Source of the DNA: the human T2T-CHM13v2.0 reference genome, Homo sapiens
Assembly (NCBI RefSeq): GCF_009914755.1
Contig: NC_060945.1
Length of the DNA stretch: 64,000 nucleotides
Strand: one strand, 5' to 3'
Part shown: positions 1-15,385 of the stretch, in pieces
How the letters are laid out: the number at the start of each line of letters is the position of its first letter
Position numbering within the stretch: position 1 is the first letter of the stretch
Program-made: the position numbers and the translations under genes
Notes under the pieces: generated by a model
The model's input: only the letters and a program-made list of their open reading frames with translations
Database searches by the model: none
What the model was told of the DNA's origin: nothing

Positions 1-455
1 GCTATTCACAATAACGAAGACCTGGAATCAATCTAGATGCCCATCAATGGTGGACTGGATAAAGAAACTGTGGCACATATACACCATGGAATGCTACAGA
101 GCAATAAAAAGGAACAAAATCATGTTCTTTTCAGCAACATGGATGCAGTTGGAGGTCATTATCCAGAGCAAATTAATGCAGGAAGAGAAAACCAAATACT
201 GTGTATTCTCCCTTATAAGGGGGAGCTAAACATTGAGTACACATGCACATTAAGAAGGTAACAGTAGACACTGGGCCATACATAAGTGTGGAGGGTGGGA
301 GGAGGGTGAGGAATGAAAAACTACTATCAGGTACTGTGTTCATTAGCTGGATGATGGAATAATATGAACACCAAACCCCATGACACACAATTTACTAATG
401 TAACAAACCTGTAACAAACCTGCACATGTACCTCCTGAACCTAAAATAAAAGTTG
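1..455 (+). mobile_element. LINE-1 3' end (ORF2 C-terminus + 3'UTR), older primate L1PA13-16-like; runs off the window start
   Basis: ORF 47..229 (WIKKLWHIYTMECY...KYCVFSLIRGS) matches the L1 ORF2 C-terminus. The 3'UTR ends TGTAACAAACCTGCACATGTA...AACCTAAAATAAAAGTT. Confidence 0.9.
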
Positions 456-566
456 GTAGGGGAAAGAAAAAGAACACTTTCCATTGTGTCTTGTCTGCAC
501 AGTTTCTCTTAAGAAGTCAGCCATCAGTGAAAACACATATTTTCTCTTAGCTATTTTTATGATTAA

Positions 567-890
<324 letters not shown>

Positions 891-909
891 AAAACTTTGA
901 TTTTCATTA

Positions 910-988
910 ATTTTTTGTTTCTTTGACAGGGTCTCATTCTGCTGCTCAGGCTGGAGTGCAGTGGTGCAATCTTGGCTCACTGAAAACT
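910..988 (-). mobile_element. Alu 3' fragment (AluJ/FRAM-like)
   Basis: GACAGGGTCTCATTCTGCTGCTCAGGCTGGAGTGCAGTGGTGCAATCTTGGCTCACTG, then truncated. Confidence 0.8.
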
Positions 989-1019
989 CTTTGAGAAAAT
1001 TTAAGTGTTTTTTTTTTTA

Positions 1020-3400
1020 AATAATTCATTCTATAGTATGTTTACTGACCCTGAATCAATTGTTTTTCTCATCTATTACCTTTTTGAATGCTCTTTCATC
1101 ATTATCTGTTTTTTTTCTATTATATTTTTTCTCTTGCTTCTTTAGGTTGGGAAATTTTTAGCTTGTTAATTTATATTTTTTATGTGCCCACTTACAGTTA
1201 ATTCTATACACTAGCTAATTTCAGATATTGTATTTTTCCATTCTATAATATGGCTTAAATTTCTGGAAAAATTCTCCTTTCTTTTGTCTATTTTAGCCAC
1301 TAGTCATTATCTATATTTTCACCATATTTGGCACAGTTATAGTCAGTTTTTTCTTGCTATTCCAATTTCTTGACAATTTTCACAGCTCCTAGTATTATTT
1401 TTCTCAAAATTTTCTGTCATATTTTGGTCTATTTGAGTTTCTAGTAATTTTATGGAACTCTAAATTTTATACTGTAGAGACTTTAAATATTTTCTTTCAC
1501 TAGAAAAGGCTATTTTTTTCCTCTGTCATGCAGATAGAGTGAGAGTATGATCATTTCTCTCCAAACATGGATATAGTTGGATCAGTACTAGACTAAAATT
1601 TGAGGAATACTTGGTATACTCTGCTTCATTCCTATTGCTTAAGCATAGGCTTCTGGGCTTTTGATTGAGAGAGGTTATCTGATGTTTGCAAGCTCATCCC
1701 TGAAAGACTACAGAACATCATTGCTATCCTTTGATATTTTTCTAGTTGATATGTCTAATCTCTTAAGCCAGTGCAGAATAAATATTGGCATATATCTGTA
1801 GGTGAAACCACTGCTTTATTCCTTGAGCACAATGGAGGAAATTTTACTCCACCTTTAGAAAGGCTCTTTCTAGGTCTTTAGCCTCTGAGCAGTCCCAAGA
1901 TTCAGAAAATATTTTCTGGTGATATCTAGGCATGTGGATGATGCTCCTCAAGTTGTAACATTTTGATTATTTAAAAAGCATCATTGCTTTTTGTTTTTTC
2001 CTTCCTCCAGCATAGTTTGTCTGCTGTGGTAAGCCCAATTCTATGGCCAATTCTAGGAGTGGAAAAGTCACCCAGCTTCATAAGGAAAACAAAAACAACA
2101 TTGGTGAGCATCAGCTTAACTCTAACAGTTCTAACCTCTTGAGTAAGATATAAAATTCTAAAATCTATTAATATCTAGTGAAATCTCTAGCAATTCAGCT
2201 ATATTAGATAGATACACATTATTATTAGCTTCATATCAGTTTAGCTCAGGATTTTACACCAAATGAGGTGGCACTAATTTTGTTGAAAATACGTGTTTTT
2301 AGAGTTCACTTATTTTGATATTTGTGAATAAGTGGCTTTGGATCTGCTAGTATTCCACTAATTTTCTGATTAACAAAAAATAGTAAAGTACTTTAATCTC
2401 ACTCACCCCTTGTTAATGCATATAGTATTTTTTTGCTGTATGTTTTAATTTCAATTTATTTTTAATATCAAAATCATTATTAGTGTCATTTAAAAATCAT
2501 TACATCATCCTGTATATTTTTTTCTATTATTTATTCTTCAATCTGACCTTCCATATGAAATAATTTTATTTTTTAAATGTTATGTATTTATTTATTTAAT
2601 TCATTTCTATTTAATGAGATTTTGCTAAGAGAAAATTATTCCTGTTTTCCTTTGGTAAAAATGTCTAGCTAATATTCTTAAGATATATTTGCACTGGGTA
2701 CAGAATTCTAGCTAGACATTTATGTAATTTTATTACAGAAGAAAAAATTCCATTTTTCTAATTTTATTTTTGTTTTGAAATATTAGTATAATTTATCATT
2801 AAAGGTAAATTATTGTTTCCTTTTTCACACTTTTATATTCTTCTTTATATTCTTTCTAAAACTTAATATAGGCTTTAGGTTTTCTAAAATTTTACCTTAC
2901 ATGTTTTACTTTGATTACCCTGATCAGGATTTATAGGTATTCTTATGTATTTGAATTGAAATTTTTAAACATTCTTCATCATTTTTTTCTTCTAATGATG
3001 CCTCTGTCTCATTTTCCCACTCTTTCGTAAGTCCAGGTAGACTTGTTATGATTTCTTACAATTTGTCATTCCTTATAAGATCACCTTCATATTTTTCATT
3101 TACTTTTCTCTTGAAAATAATGTATATTGTATTCAATTTTATCTCTCATTTCTCTAATTACCTCATTAATTTATCTATTTTGTTTTGAGTTTTTAATTTG
3201 TATTGTATCAAGTTAAAATACACATAGAGCAAACATACAAATCTGAAGTTTATAATTAAATGAGTTGAAGGAAATATGTTCACCTATGTATCCACAATCG
3301 TAATTAAGATACAGAAAATTTCTCTTACCTGAAAATACACTTATGTCCTTGTCAGTCATTTCCTACACCCTATAAACAAACACAATTTTGCATTTTTTTG
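1020..3400 (-). mobile_element. Highly decayed old L1M/L1ME remnants
   Basis: T-rich strand bias and motifs typical of antisense old L1, e.g. GGGTACAGAATTCTAG near 2696 and L1ME-like 3' sequence at 3200-3400. Boundaries are approximate. Confidence 0.5.
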
Positions 3401-3409
3401 ACTATAGGC

Positions 3410-3774
3410 TGTCTTAGTACATTCAGCCTTATATAACAATGTATCATAAACTGGATGGATTATAAACAACATAAATATATGTCTCACAATTCTTGAGGCT
3501 GGAAATTCTAAGATCAAGGCACTGACAAACTGGGTGATGATGAGGGCTCACTTCCTGGTTCACAGACAGCCATCTTTTCACTGCATCTTCACATGTCAGA
3601 AAGGGTGAGAGATCTCCCTGAGCTCTCTTCTTAAAAGGGCACTGATCACGTTCATAAGGACTCTGCTGTCAGGCTAACTATCCCCCAAAGTCCCCTCTAG
3701 CTAATAAAATCACCTTAAAGGTTAGGAATTCAAAGTATGAATTTTGGGGTGATACAAACATTCAGACCATAGTG
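3410..3774 (-). mobile_element. MaLR solo LTR, MLT1A/MLT1A0-like
   Basis: Begins TGTCTTAGT and contains GAGGCTGGAAATTCTAAGATCAAGG. Ends ACAAACATTCAGACCATAG, the reverse complement of the MLT1A start. Confidence 0.85.
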
Positions 3775-3877
3775 ATTAGTTTGATTTCTAAATTATATAG
3801 TAAGTTGCTTAATTTTAATTTTTTTTTTTAGTATACTTAATTAATAAATACAGGAAGAGTTAGAGAAATGCTCTTTG

Positions 3878-4207
<330 letters not shown>

Positions 4208-4371
4208 AATGCTCTTTGGCTAAATTCATTTTGTCATTTACCTCAACTATTGTATTTTTATTATAACATATTTCTCACGTGTAGTATCTCAATTGGCTTT
4301 CCTTTACAAATCCCTTTGTGCTTTACATTATTTATATATCTTGGAATGCTTTAAGTTATGATGACTTTCTA

Positions 4372-5210
4372 TTTTTTTTTAAATTATACTTTAAGTTTTA
4401 GGATACGTGTGCGCAACGTGCAGGTTTGTTACATATGTACACATGTGCCATGTTGGTGTGCTGCACCCATTAATTCGTCATTTAACATTAGGTATGTCTC
4501 CCAATGCTATCCCTCCCCCCTCCTCCCACCCCACAACAGGCCCTGGTGTGTGATGTTCCCCTTCCTGTGTCCATGAGTTCTCACTGTTCAATTCCCACCT
4601 ATGAGTGAGAACGTGCGGTGTTTGGTATTTTGTCCTTGCGGTAGTTTGCTGAGAATGATGGTTTCTAGCTTCATCCATGCCCCTACAAAGGACATGAACT
4701 CATCATTTTTTATGGCTGCATAGTATTCCATGGTGTATATGTGCCACATTTTCTTAATCCAGTCTATCATTGTTGGACATTTGGGTCGGTTCCAAGTCTT
4801 TACTATTGTGAATACTGCCGCAATAAACCTACGTGTGCATGTGTCTTTATAGCAACATGATTTGTAATCCTTTGGGTATATACCCAGTAATGGGATGGCT
4901 GGGTCAAATGGTATTTCTAGTTCTAGATCCCTGAGGAATTGCCACACTGACTTCCACAATGGTTGAACTAGTTTACAGTCCCACCAACAATGTAAAAGTG
5001 TTCCTATTTCTCCACATCCTCTCCAGCACCCGTTGTCTCCTGACTTTTTAATGATCACCATTCTAACTGGTGTGAGATGGTATCTCACTGTGGTTTTGAT
5101 TTGCATTTCTCTGATGGCCAGTGATGATGAGCATTTTTTCATGTGTCTTTTGGCTACATAAATGTCTTCTTTGGAGAAGTGTCTGTTCATATCCTTCGCC
5201 CACTTTTTGA
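4372..5210 (-). mobile_element. L1PA (about PA3-PA5) 3' segment, non-inverted half of a twin-primed insertion
   Basis: Poly-T, then TTATACTTTAAGTTTTAGG. ORF 4588..5190(-) is the L1 ORF2 C-terminus ([10 protein letters not shown]...SLIGGN). Confidence 0.95.
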
Positions 5211-5891
<681 letters not shown>

Positions 5892-6512
5892 TAATGTTCC
5901 TCAAATAAGTCATCTTACCGTGGAGTTATTAACTGGTAATATGCAGAGCCTTTGAGACCCACCCAACCACAAGCCTGGTGCCAATTGTATTAACTAGTAA
6001 GAGAACATCACAAGCAATATTTTAACTATTTTTTCAGGTCCTTGCCCCTATTTTGATTTTGCAGACTTAGATTATGAAGAAGAAGCCAGCAGTCCATGTT
6101 ACTTTGCCATATTGTAAGAAACTATATAAATCATATTTATGGAGCAAATTGTATGCTACATACTGTGGTAAATAATAAGTCAGATATGATTCCTATAAAT
6201 CTGTTGTATTTCCAACTCTTGATGAAACAGTAGGTGACTATGATAACTAGTAAAGAAAGGAGAAGAAATTTCATCTTCAAAATTTCTGTAGGGTATATAA
6301 TCCCTTAAGTAAGTATGACAACAGGTTATAAAAATTTCTAAGTCTTCAATAACCTCAACTACAGAAAGGGATCTTTTCAATCTAAACTATCTAAGAATAT
6401 ATGATATCCATTTCACTACTTCAGTAGTGAAATTATTTACTACAGAATGAGTAATTATGGTTACAAATTTGAAATAATATGTGTTATCAGGGTTTCTATT
6501 TCTACATGGAGC

Positions 6513-6640
6513 TTATTTATTTTTTAGAGACAGGGTTTCACTATTTGCTCAGGCTGGCCTCAAACTCCTGAGCTCAAGTTACCCTCCCATCTCAGCCTCT
6601 CCAGTACCTGAGATTACAGACATGCATCACTGTGCTAGCT
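6513..6640 (-). mobile_element. FLAM (free left Alu monomer)
   Basis: AGAGACAGGGTTTCACTATTTGCTCAGGCTGGCCTCAAACTCCTGAGCTCAAG..., monomer length. Confidence 0.8.
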
Positions 6641-8128
6641 GTGTGAACTTTTAAAGTACCTTTAGATCAACTATATTATATTGAGTAACACTAGTGAATT
6701 ATATGTGGCAAAACACTTCATTTGAAATAGTTATCTTTACTAATATAAAAAAACTTGCTATACTACAAACGTGGAAAAAAGTCAATAAATGGCACCATAA
6801 CATTAGGACAGATACATATCTCTATTTTCTGTGTTTCAAAATACATTTTTTAACTATGTTCCTTACTAGTTTAGAGTTACTGAAAATTCAAATCTGGCCT
6901 CCAAAAATCCTAACGGTTACTTATATGTTTAAGTTTCATAGCACTGTCCAGTTTATTTCATGGTTTGCATTGTTCCAAATTTAGATATAATTTCTGTATT
7001 ATTTTTATATGAAATTGGAAGTATTCAAGCAGTAACACACTTTATAAGGAAGTATCCCTGAGAGAATTTCACTGATTGTGTTTTAATAAGATGAGATATA
7101 CTAAGATTTCAGTTCCATATTATTGTCTTGTTGTAGAAACTGTCCTTATTCAGTGATGCAGAAAACATTTAGTTTCCTCTTAAATTCATAGATTCCTATT
7201 GAGATACAAATGAATTGGATCTGGCCTTAGAGTTTTAATATTCATATTTTAATTTTTTATGAATGTGCTTTTCCCCTACTAATCTCTTCTTTTCAGCACA
7301 CACTTTTATTAATACTAAGTAACAACTTTTGTCTTACTAGCATCCATACTTGCTAACGACAGATAGATTAGCATAGAAAATCACTAATAAAAAAACTTAA
7401 TAAAAGAGTTCTCAAAGTATATGACTTAGAAACTCACTAAAAAGTGTTTAAAAAGTGAGATGCCCTTAGCTGGCCAGGGCAGTTGGGGTCGGGGGGTGCA
7501 GAAATGTAGAAAACTCTGTGTTAAAGTTAAGTAGATTTTTCTCCACAAGAAAGACAAAATATCCTAACTTGCTAACGGGTATTGAAAATATACAGTTGAA
7601 AACACAGTATTTCACATTTTCTAAACAAATTTGCAATACCTCATATTACTAACTCCAGTTCCTGTTTTGAAGAATGCTAATATAATGGCAAAACAAATCA
7701 GAAAAGTGTGGTTTTTCACTAAAAATAGGGAAAATAGTAAAGGCACTTAAATATACTGACATATTGTAATACAAATATCAAACACTTTCTATTAAGTGAT
7801 ATGGACAGCATATAGGAGGACATAATTCTAACATCCCTTGTATCATTAGTTAAGAAAGGAATCTTGGACAGGACTTAAAAGAGATGAACCCTCGGAAATA
7901 TAATAAATGTAATAATTGTACTAGATTAATTTTTTCCTAGTCTTCTTTTTGTATGTGTGTTTAAGAACTCTATAGAAATAGTGTTAAAATAAAGATCCCT
8001 CAAGGGCTATCTTTTCACATCTTAGTTAAGAATATCTGGGTAAGCTTCCAGCAACTGTACTTTTAAGTTATTAGGTATCTGGGGATTCTCGTGCCCAACA
8101 ATGTTTGAAAATCAATTGTCTAAAAAAT

Positions 8129-8335
8129 CAAGAGTAGAATAACTATAGCCTGCAGGCCAAATCTAGCCTACAGCCTGTTTTAATATGTTTACCAAGCAAA
8201 GAATGATTTTTACACTGTTTTGATATGTAAAAAATAAAAGAGAAGAGAAAAATATGTAATAGACACCATATGTAGCCCACACAGCCTAAAATATCTACTT
8301 TATGGTCATTTATTTTAAAGGGTTGGTGATCTCTG
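8129..8335. mobile_element. MER58-family hAT/Charlie DNA transposon remnant
   Basis: AACTATAGCCTGCAGGCCAAATCTAGCC...GCCCACACAGCCTAAAATATCTACT, resembling MER58 subterminal motifs. Confidence 0.75.
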
Positions 8336-8349
8336 GCTTAGACATGATT

Positions 8350-9285
8350 TTTAGTAACAGTTTCACTGAAATATAATTTTCATACTATACAATTTACTAG
8401 TTTAAATGTATATCCTGGTGGTGTTTAGTATATCACCCAAATGTACAATCATCAATATCAGATTATAGAATATGTTCTTAACGCTAAAAAATACAAACCC
8501 ATACTTACGAGGAGTCACTCTTGATCTCTCCCCTTCTCTTGACCCAGACCCTGGAAACCACTAATCAACTTTCTGTTCCTATAGAATTACCTAGTATGAA
8601 CATTTTATATAAATAGAATGATGCAATATGTAAACTTACGTGACTGGCTTCTTTCACTTGGCATGATGTTTTCAAGGTTCTTTCATGGTGTAGAATGTAT
8701 TTCATTCCTTTTTTGCTGGATGATTTTCTATTGCATGAGTATGATACCTCTTGTCTCTCCAGTAATTACTTCAGGGACATTTGTTTTTGTTCAAGTTTCT
8801 GGCTGTTATGAATAGTATAGCTATAAACATTCATGTATTAATTTGTGTTTGGGCATATGTTTATTTTGGGATATATATTCAAATCCCATTGCCTATTCAA
8901 GTCTTTTGCATATTCTTAAACTACATTTAAATTTTTTTTGCATTGTTCTTAATATATTACTTGTATATTCTGGATTCAAGTCTCCTATCAAATATATCAT
9001 TTGCAAATATTTTCTTGCACTGTATGGTCTGTTTCTTTTCACTTTATTGATGTTCTCTGCAACATAAAACTTTTAATTTTAATTGATTTTTTTGTCAATT
9101 GTGTTTGTTTAATTTTCGGTGACAAAGTTTTACTCTCATATTTTCTTCTAAGAGTTTCATAGTTTTAGCTCTTATATTTAGGTCTATGATTCATTTGGAA
9201 TTAATTTTTGTTTACAGTATGAAGTAAGGATCTCGCGTCATTCTTTTGCATGAGGATATCCAGTTTTTCTGGTACTATTTGTAGT
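8350..9285 (-). mobile_element. L1MB-like 3' portion
   Basis: Antisense L1MB 3'UTR motifs (CCTGGAAACCACTAATCAACTTTCTG, GTGACTGGCTTCTTTCACTTGGCATGATGTTTTCAAGG) followed by ORF2-derived antisense sequence. Confidence 0.8.
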
Positions 9286-12200
9286 CTAGAGCATTTTTTG
9301 CTACCATCTGATGCTTTTATGTGACATATATTTATGTTACACATTAAAAGCTTTGTATATTAACATATCTTCTTATCTGACGTAAGTTACAGTCTTTAGG
9401 TATGTTTGTGTATTTCATAATAATTGGGGCAGAAATATCATATTATTAAGCTACAATTATAATGCAAAATGTAATGTTTCCCATAACAAACTAGTTTGAA
9501 TGTTTCTCTGCTGTGTCTAGTCTAAACAAAAACAAACATGTCTAATATAGAACACATCAAAGCTACTGCATTTATATATGCCAACGTTATACGGGACAGT
9601 AGGAAAGACAACATGTGTGGCACCTGCTGTGCATGTATTAAGCACAAACTTCAACTTTTCTCAGTTTAATTAATATGATTTTAAAGCAAATAAAAAGGTG
9701 GACATATTATCCTGGAGGAAAAGAAACAGTACTTGATGTGAGCTATTTTATTGTTGCCATGTTCTTATTTTTTTCTTTTGACTCCTACCAAGTATTTTGA
9801 TATGTTTCTACTGCAGATCACTTTTACCTGTTTGAAATGTCCTGTTACTGCTGTGGTTCATTAGTGAGTTTATATTCTACAATAACTTATACTTATTGTC
9901 TTGTCCTAGATTAATTCAATAGAGTTTGAGTTTATTATGGAATACAACCACATCATAGCACCAAGCTTTGTGGACTGGATTGTAGCTGATACAAAAGGAA
10001 TGTAAGAGTATTTTATTTGATGTTTAGTAGCATGTCTTATATTATTTTTCTACATGTTGGGGGTTTTCATGGTTTGTTCCAAATTTATAAAAGGATTTCT
10101 AAAACCCCATTGTCTGAAGTTGTTAGTTTCTGAAAGAAAATATGTAAAGTATTTCACTGAATGTTAATTTGCTACAATTTTTATACTAAAATCACTCTCA
10201 TTTATGTGTTAAAAATTATTACAACTTAGCAATTCCATTTTTATATGCCATGACAACAAGGATTAAATAAATCTAATGCTTCTCAAAACAACCTAATGAG
10301 GTATTAAATGGACTTATTATAGTGAGCAAAAATGTAATATGTCAAAGGTCGCAGAGTAAAAAGGTAAATGTAGTTGTGAACGAAAACTGTCAATTTCCAA
10401 AGTCTCAGCTGCTGCACCAGAAAATGATGGTGAAAGTAAAATCCAACTTTATTTAAACAGAGAGAATGAATTTGTTTTGCAGGCAATCCAGCAAGCCAGC
10501 GAGGGTTTTAAAAGCCTTTTTTTCTGTTTTAGTTTCCAATCTCTAATAGAATACACATTTATACTTTAACTTAATTATAAGCTTCAATGTTATTGGAGCA
10601 TGATTTCTCCATGATCACTGTAAATATGTTTAAGTGATAGAATATAATTAATGCCAGAATTTGTTATCACTTGAGGTACGCACCAGATAAAAGCTGTAAG
10701 AGAGGAACAGAGCCAGAACCTGAGTTCAGAAACAATGTCTTGGGAATTATTACTTAGGTTTTCATACATACCAAAGCAGCTACAAGAAACATAAAAGAAC
10801 TGAGGAACAGGGCCCCTCTATCGTTGATGTCTGGTCAAATATTATTAGTGTAATTTGAAATTCTAAAATTATACAATGGATAGAAGGAGAGGAAAATTAA
10901 TGAAAGGCCATTTAAAAACGAAAAATTAAAATAAATGATGAAACTAAAGATAAATTCACTTCTCATGCTTTGCCTTGTGTCAGTCAAAGCAATTGCAAAA
11001 CATTTGAATAGAATGAATATCACTCCTGAAAATTTTCAAGTACCACAAAAAGATAATATTCTTTCTGAAACCCATTTTAAAGTCATTACTCTTAGCACAG
11101 GTTGCTGTGCTGTATTTTATTCCTGTTTCTATTCATCAGCTATAGAAATGCTGAGGTAGATTTATATAGATAGATTCATATACTTTGAGACCTTAAGATC
11201 TCGCAATTCTCTATTGATACTTAATTAATTTCTTCCATGGTTTTGTTGCTCAAAATCTGCTATGCACATTTTATCTGTACTAGGGCAGTGACATCATTTC
11301 TATTACAGATACTTAAAAGGAATAACTTAGGAAGGGATTTCTGTATACTCACTGTCATTATCTCAATTGCTAAATCTGTCTCTCATAGGGATTTTGAAAT
11401 GTTTCAAATGATTTGCTTTAGAAAATTGAGGCACTTAAATGAAAAAAAAGTACACTATTTTAAAAGTACTCTACAATCTATGATTAATGAGGTAAAAACT
11501 GACTTCATCTGACACAAAATCAAGGCATGATATCGATCCCAAACGTGAGATCATCTATGGGTATAATTTGTGTCCTTTTTGTGATAATGACATGAGATGT
11601 GCATGTGTGTGTGAGAGAGAGAGAACAAAAAGAGAAAATCACTTTGAAAATTTTGTTCGCATAACTTTTTAGAGCTCAATATTTCATTTCTTCCTAAACA
11701 TTAGTTTGGTTCTACTCAAAGTATAAAATATCACATGCTTTGAAACACAAAATGTAAACTAACTTGGAATCATAGGCAATAATCACTCTGATTGATCAAA
11801 TCCATTTTCAGAATCAGCAAATGGCAAGAATAAGTGTCATCTTTCCCAAGAAAAAAACTTCTACTCTTCTGTATTTATCTTTTTCTCAGATCAGCTATAC
11901 ATGCCAAATAGATACTTATCTGTATCAAGATGATAAAAATAGCAGAATTATCACTTCTGCTTTTCTTCAGTGATTAACTAAAGGAGCTATTGATAATGCC
12001 ATTCCCATTCAGGCATCATTAAGAGGTCGCCTTTCTCTATGCTATTCAATGTTTGATCTAGTCAAATAATTTCAATATTTTCTATTAAAGTTTCCTTCTG
12101 AATAATGGCATTAAAATTGAGGAAATTATTTCATAGAGATTTATAAAATGAGTCTAAGCCTTTTAAATTAAATTTCAAGAAAATAAAACAATTAAAATTT

Positions 12201-12426
12201 GCTTTATTTGCACAAGTCTCAGCACGTTGAAAAATAAAATTCATAATAATAACAAATTTGGATGCCTTACTTTACTTTCACAAAATAAAATCAGTGTTTC
12301 CAATATTTTAAAATTAATTTAGAGAGTAGTAATTTGTGGACATAAAACTCCTAATGTAGAATTAATTAGGGTCCCTCCACATGACCTTCAGAAAAATGTG
12401 TCCCATTCATAAAGGCTGAGACACAA

Positions 12427-12678
12427 TGCTATGGCTTGAATGTTTCCCCTCCAAAATTCAGGTGTTGCCATTGTGACTGTATTAAGAAGTGAGACCTTGA
12501 AGACGTGAGGAAGCCATGAGGGGTCCTCCCTCATGAATGGGATTAGGCATCCTTAAAAAGGGACTTGACTGAGGGAGTTGGTCTTTCTCTCTCCCACCTA
12601 CTGCCAGGTGAGGATACAGTAAGAAGGCCCACACCAGATGCAGGCACCTTGATCTTAGATTTCCAGATCCCTGTGCGA
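12427..12678 (+). mobile_element. MaLR LTR, MSTC/MSTD-like, 3'-truncated
   Basis: Starts TGCTATGGCTTGAATGT and contains CCCTCATGAATGGGATTAG and CAGATGCAGGCACCTTGATCTT. Confidence 0.8.
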
Positions 12679-13040
12679 ATGGCATGTTGGGAGTTTAATA
12701 AAAATCCCTATCACTTCAGTGTTGGTGTTTATCGAAAAGAAAATATTTAAAATTTGGAACATGCCAGAGTGTGAGGGACATTTAAAAACTGTAAGCTGTA
12801 TTTGCATTTAAGAACATAAATATTCTGAAACCACAACAGGTCTCTCAACAACAATGTTTTATGATTAAAACCATGATTTGAGAACATATCCAGCTATTTT
12901 AAGAGAAAATAACTGGAAATAAATAATGCTTGGAAACAGAAGAGACCAACCATACTATTGCATAAGATTCTTGGAGCTACCATGGTGTTAAAAAAAAAAT
13001 GTAATACACTTGAAAGATACCTTCAGGGACAGTGATTTTT

Positions 13041-13155
13041 AGCCAGGTACTGTGGATTTTGCTTGTAATCTCAGCTACTCCAGAGGTAGGAGCAAGCTCT
13101 TGAGCCTGGGAGTTTGAGACCAGCCTGGGAAACACATTGAGATCCCCATCTAAAG
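13041..13155 (+). mobile_element. FLAM/FAM Alu monomer
   Basis: AGCCAGG...TGTAATCTCAGCTACT...TTGAGCCTGGGAGTTTGAGACCAGCCTGGG. Confidence 0.75.
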
Positions 13156-14319
13156 TAGTGATAATCATAATAATCATAAAATAATAATAATTTTTGTGGT
13201 AATAAAGATAGAAACTGAAAGAGAAATGGCAGCAAGTACTTCTTTAATATGTGTTTTAATATTACAGCACATGATAATATCAGGTATGCATAACGTTCAG
13301 CTTAAAACAATAGAAATTAAACAATTAAAATGTCCCATTTGTAGTTAAAGAGTGAACTGTACTTCAGGTAATAAAGCACAAATGAGGTAGGTAATTTAGG
13401 AGTAATTCTCAATAAAAATAAACATCCAAACAAATATAAATAAGACTATTTGGAAATTAGAATTCACAGAATGCAGTAGAAGAAAAAGAAAGAGGCAGTC
13501 ATTTTGGAAAAAAGATAGAGAAATGGTTGTCATGAATGTGGCTGTCAAACATCAATGAAATCAAAACAAAATTGTTACCAGCAATATCGAATGCTTCAGA
13601 GTAAACCTAGAATGAGAACAAATAAAATTGGAAAACACACTGTTCAAGTAGAATGAGCCAAAAATTTAGGGGTGAAGCCAGGAGAAAGTGGAGTCATGGA
13701 ATTTCTTACATGAGATATTTTCAAGACGACAACACTGATCAGAAAAACTTAAGCTTAGTTAGATTAAAGGTGGTTTGGGATCATAAAAAAGTAGGTAATC
13801 AGATCAGCAATCAAAATAATTATTTTCAGAATCACCAACTGATCACTAACCACATACATAATACTGTTCTTATGATATGACATCTCTTCCCTTGCTTGGG
13901 AATCTTCATGTGGATTAAAAGGAGCTAGGGCTCATGTGGAAGAGATTGGCTTCAGGTTCTGAAAACAAAAATTCTCAACACTTGCAGTCAGTCACTGAGG
14001 ATGGACAGTCATTTTTAAGGGGAGAAATTTCCTTATTTGGAATTGTTTACTCTTTTCTAAGTAGGTAAATTTCCCTGGCTTTGATTTTTTTTCAAGTACA
14101 TTATTACTCTGTAAACTACTCAAATGCCATTTTCAGAAGTCCAACATTTTCAAATCAAGAAAAAATTATCTACTGAATTTGGTTTTGGTAATAAGTAAAT
14201 GAGTGCATTACTTTTAAAAATATGTGAATAATAATACATATTCATTTTAAAAACTCATGAAAATGAAAGAAAAAAAATCAGCACAATTGATCATTTTCTG
14301 AATTGAAACACACCCTTTA

Positions 14320-15385
14320 GGCCAATCTTTCTCGCTCTCTCATGTTGGCTCTTCCTCACATCCTGACCTCATAACACCCAACTGCTCTAAGGGACAGCCC
14401 ACCAACCTCTCCCGTTTCTATGTATTTTCACTCTATTGATGTTTTATCACATTTAGTGACTTTATGTATTCTGCCTACATTGGTGATTCTCAAGCTTTCT
14501 CTACTGCTCTGACATCTCCATTGTATACCACTAATATATCTCATTGTGTATTCAATATCCATTTTAATAAATAATAGCTAACTCAGCATGTCCAAAAGTC
14601 AGCTCCTAATCCTTCTCCCAACAAGTTCTTCTCTTACCATAGTGCTCCCTACCTCAGTTAATCAAAAGCCAGTTTTGCCAGGGTCTTAGACCAGACATAT
14701 TAGAGTCATCATTGACTCCATTCTCTCCCACCGCATATGCCATCTCTCCATAAATACTAGGGATATTTTTACAGAATCTCCCCACCTTTCGCCTCTTCAA
14801 CTGCCTCCAGGCTGCTGCTAGCTCCCGTTATCTCTTTCCTATATCACACAATTACCTTACAGCTGATCTCTCCTTTTTTCTTTTTCTCCTTCAATTATTC
14901 TGACCCCAGCATCCACAGTGAGCCCTTAAAGTGGAAATCATTCTTTTTCTTTTAACCCTCTGCCACAATCAAACTCACAGTCAAAACCAAAATGTTTAAA
15001 CTGATTTGCCTCCTCTCCATTCCTGGAACTCATACACCACTACTCTTTCTATCACTCATGTTATTTTAGTCACACTGGCCTTGGAATAGATTCTTGAATA
15101 TGCCAGCTGCATTCCTATATCAAGGCTTTCACCAGCTGCAAATTTTCTGGGAACCCTCCTCAAAATATTCATGTAGGCTTCCCCCTAACTCCTGCACCAT
15201 TCTTTGCTCTAATTGAACTCTGTACTTGACCGCTCCCCATACTCATTACTCTCTATACCTTTTTTTTTCCTGCTTTCTTTTTTCTCCATAGTACTTACTC
15301 ACATCTATCTGTGTTTTACTTATTTGCTTTCTTTCAGTAGGTGGTATGGTTTTCTCTCTTCCATTAGAATGTAAGGTCTATAGGG
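14320..15385 (+). mobile_element. LINE-2 (L2a-like), interrupted by an MLT1 LTR; its 3' tail resumes at about 15990-16100
   Basis: C/T-rich L2 body motifs (AACTCAGCATGTCCAAAA, GAGTCATCATTGACTCC, CACACTGGCCTT, TAGAATGTAAG). Confidence 0.75.

Noticed and set aside
399-420. Short tandem micro-duplications (TGTAACAAACC x2; also ~24592-24621, ~32212-32240, ~40692-40712, ~45459-45484)
   Set aside because: Typical slippage products with no higher-order organisation.
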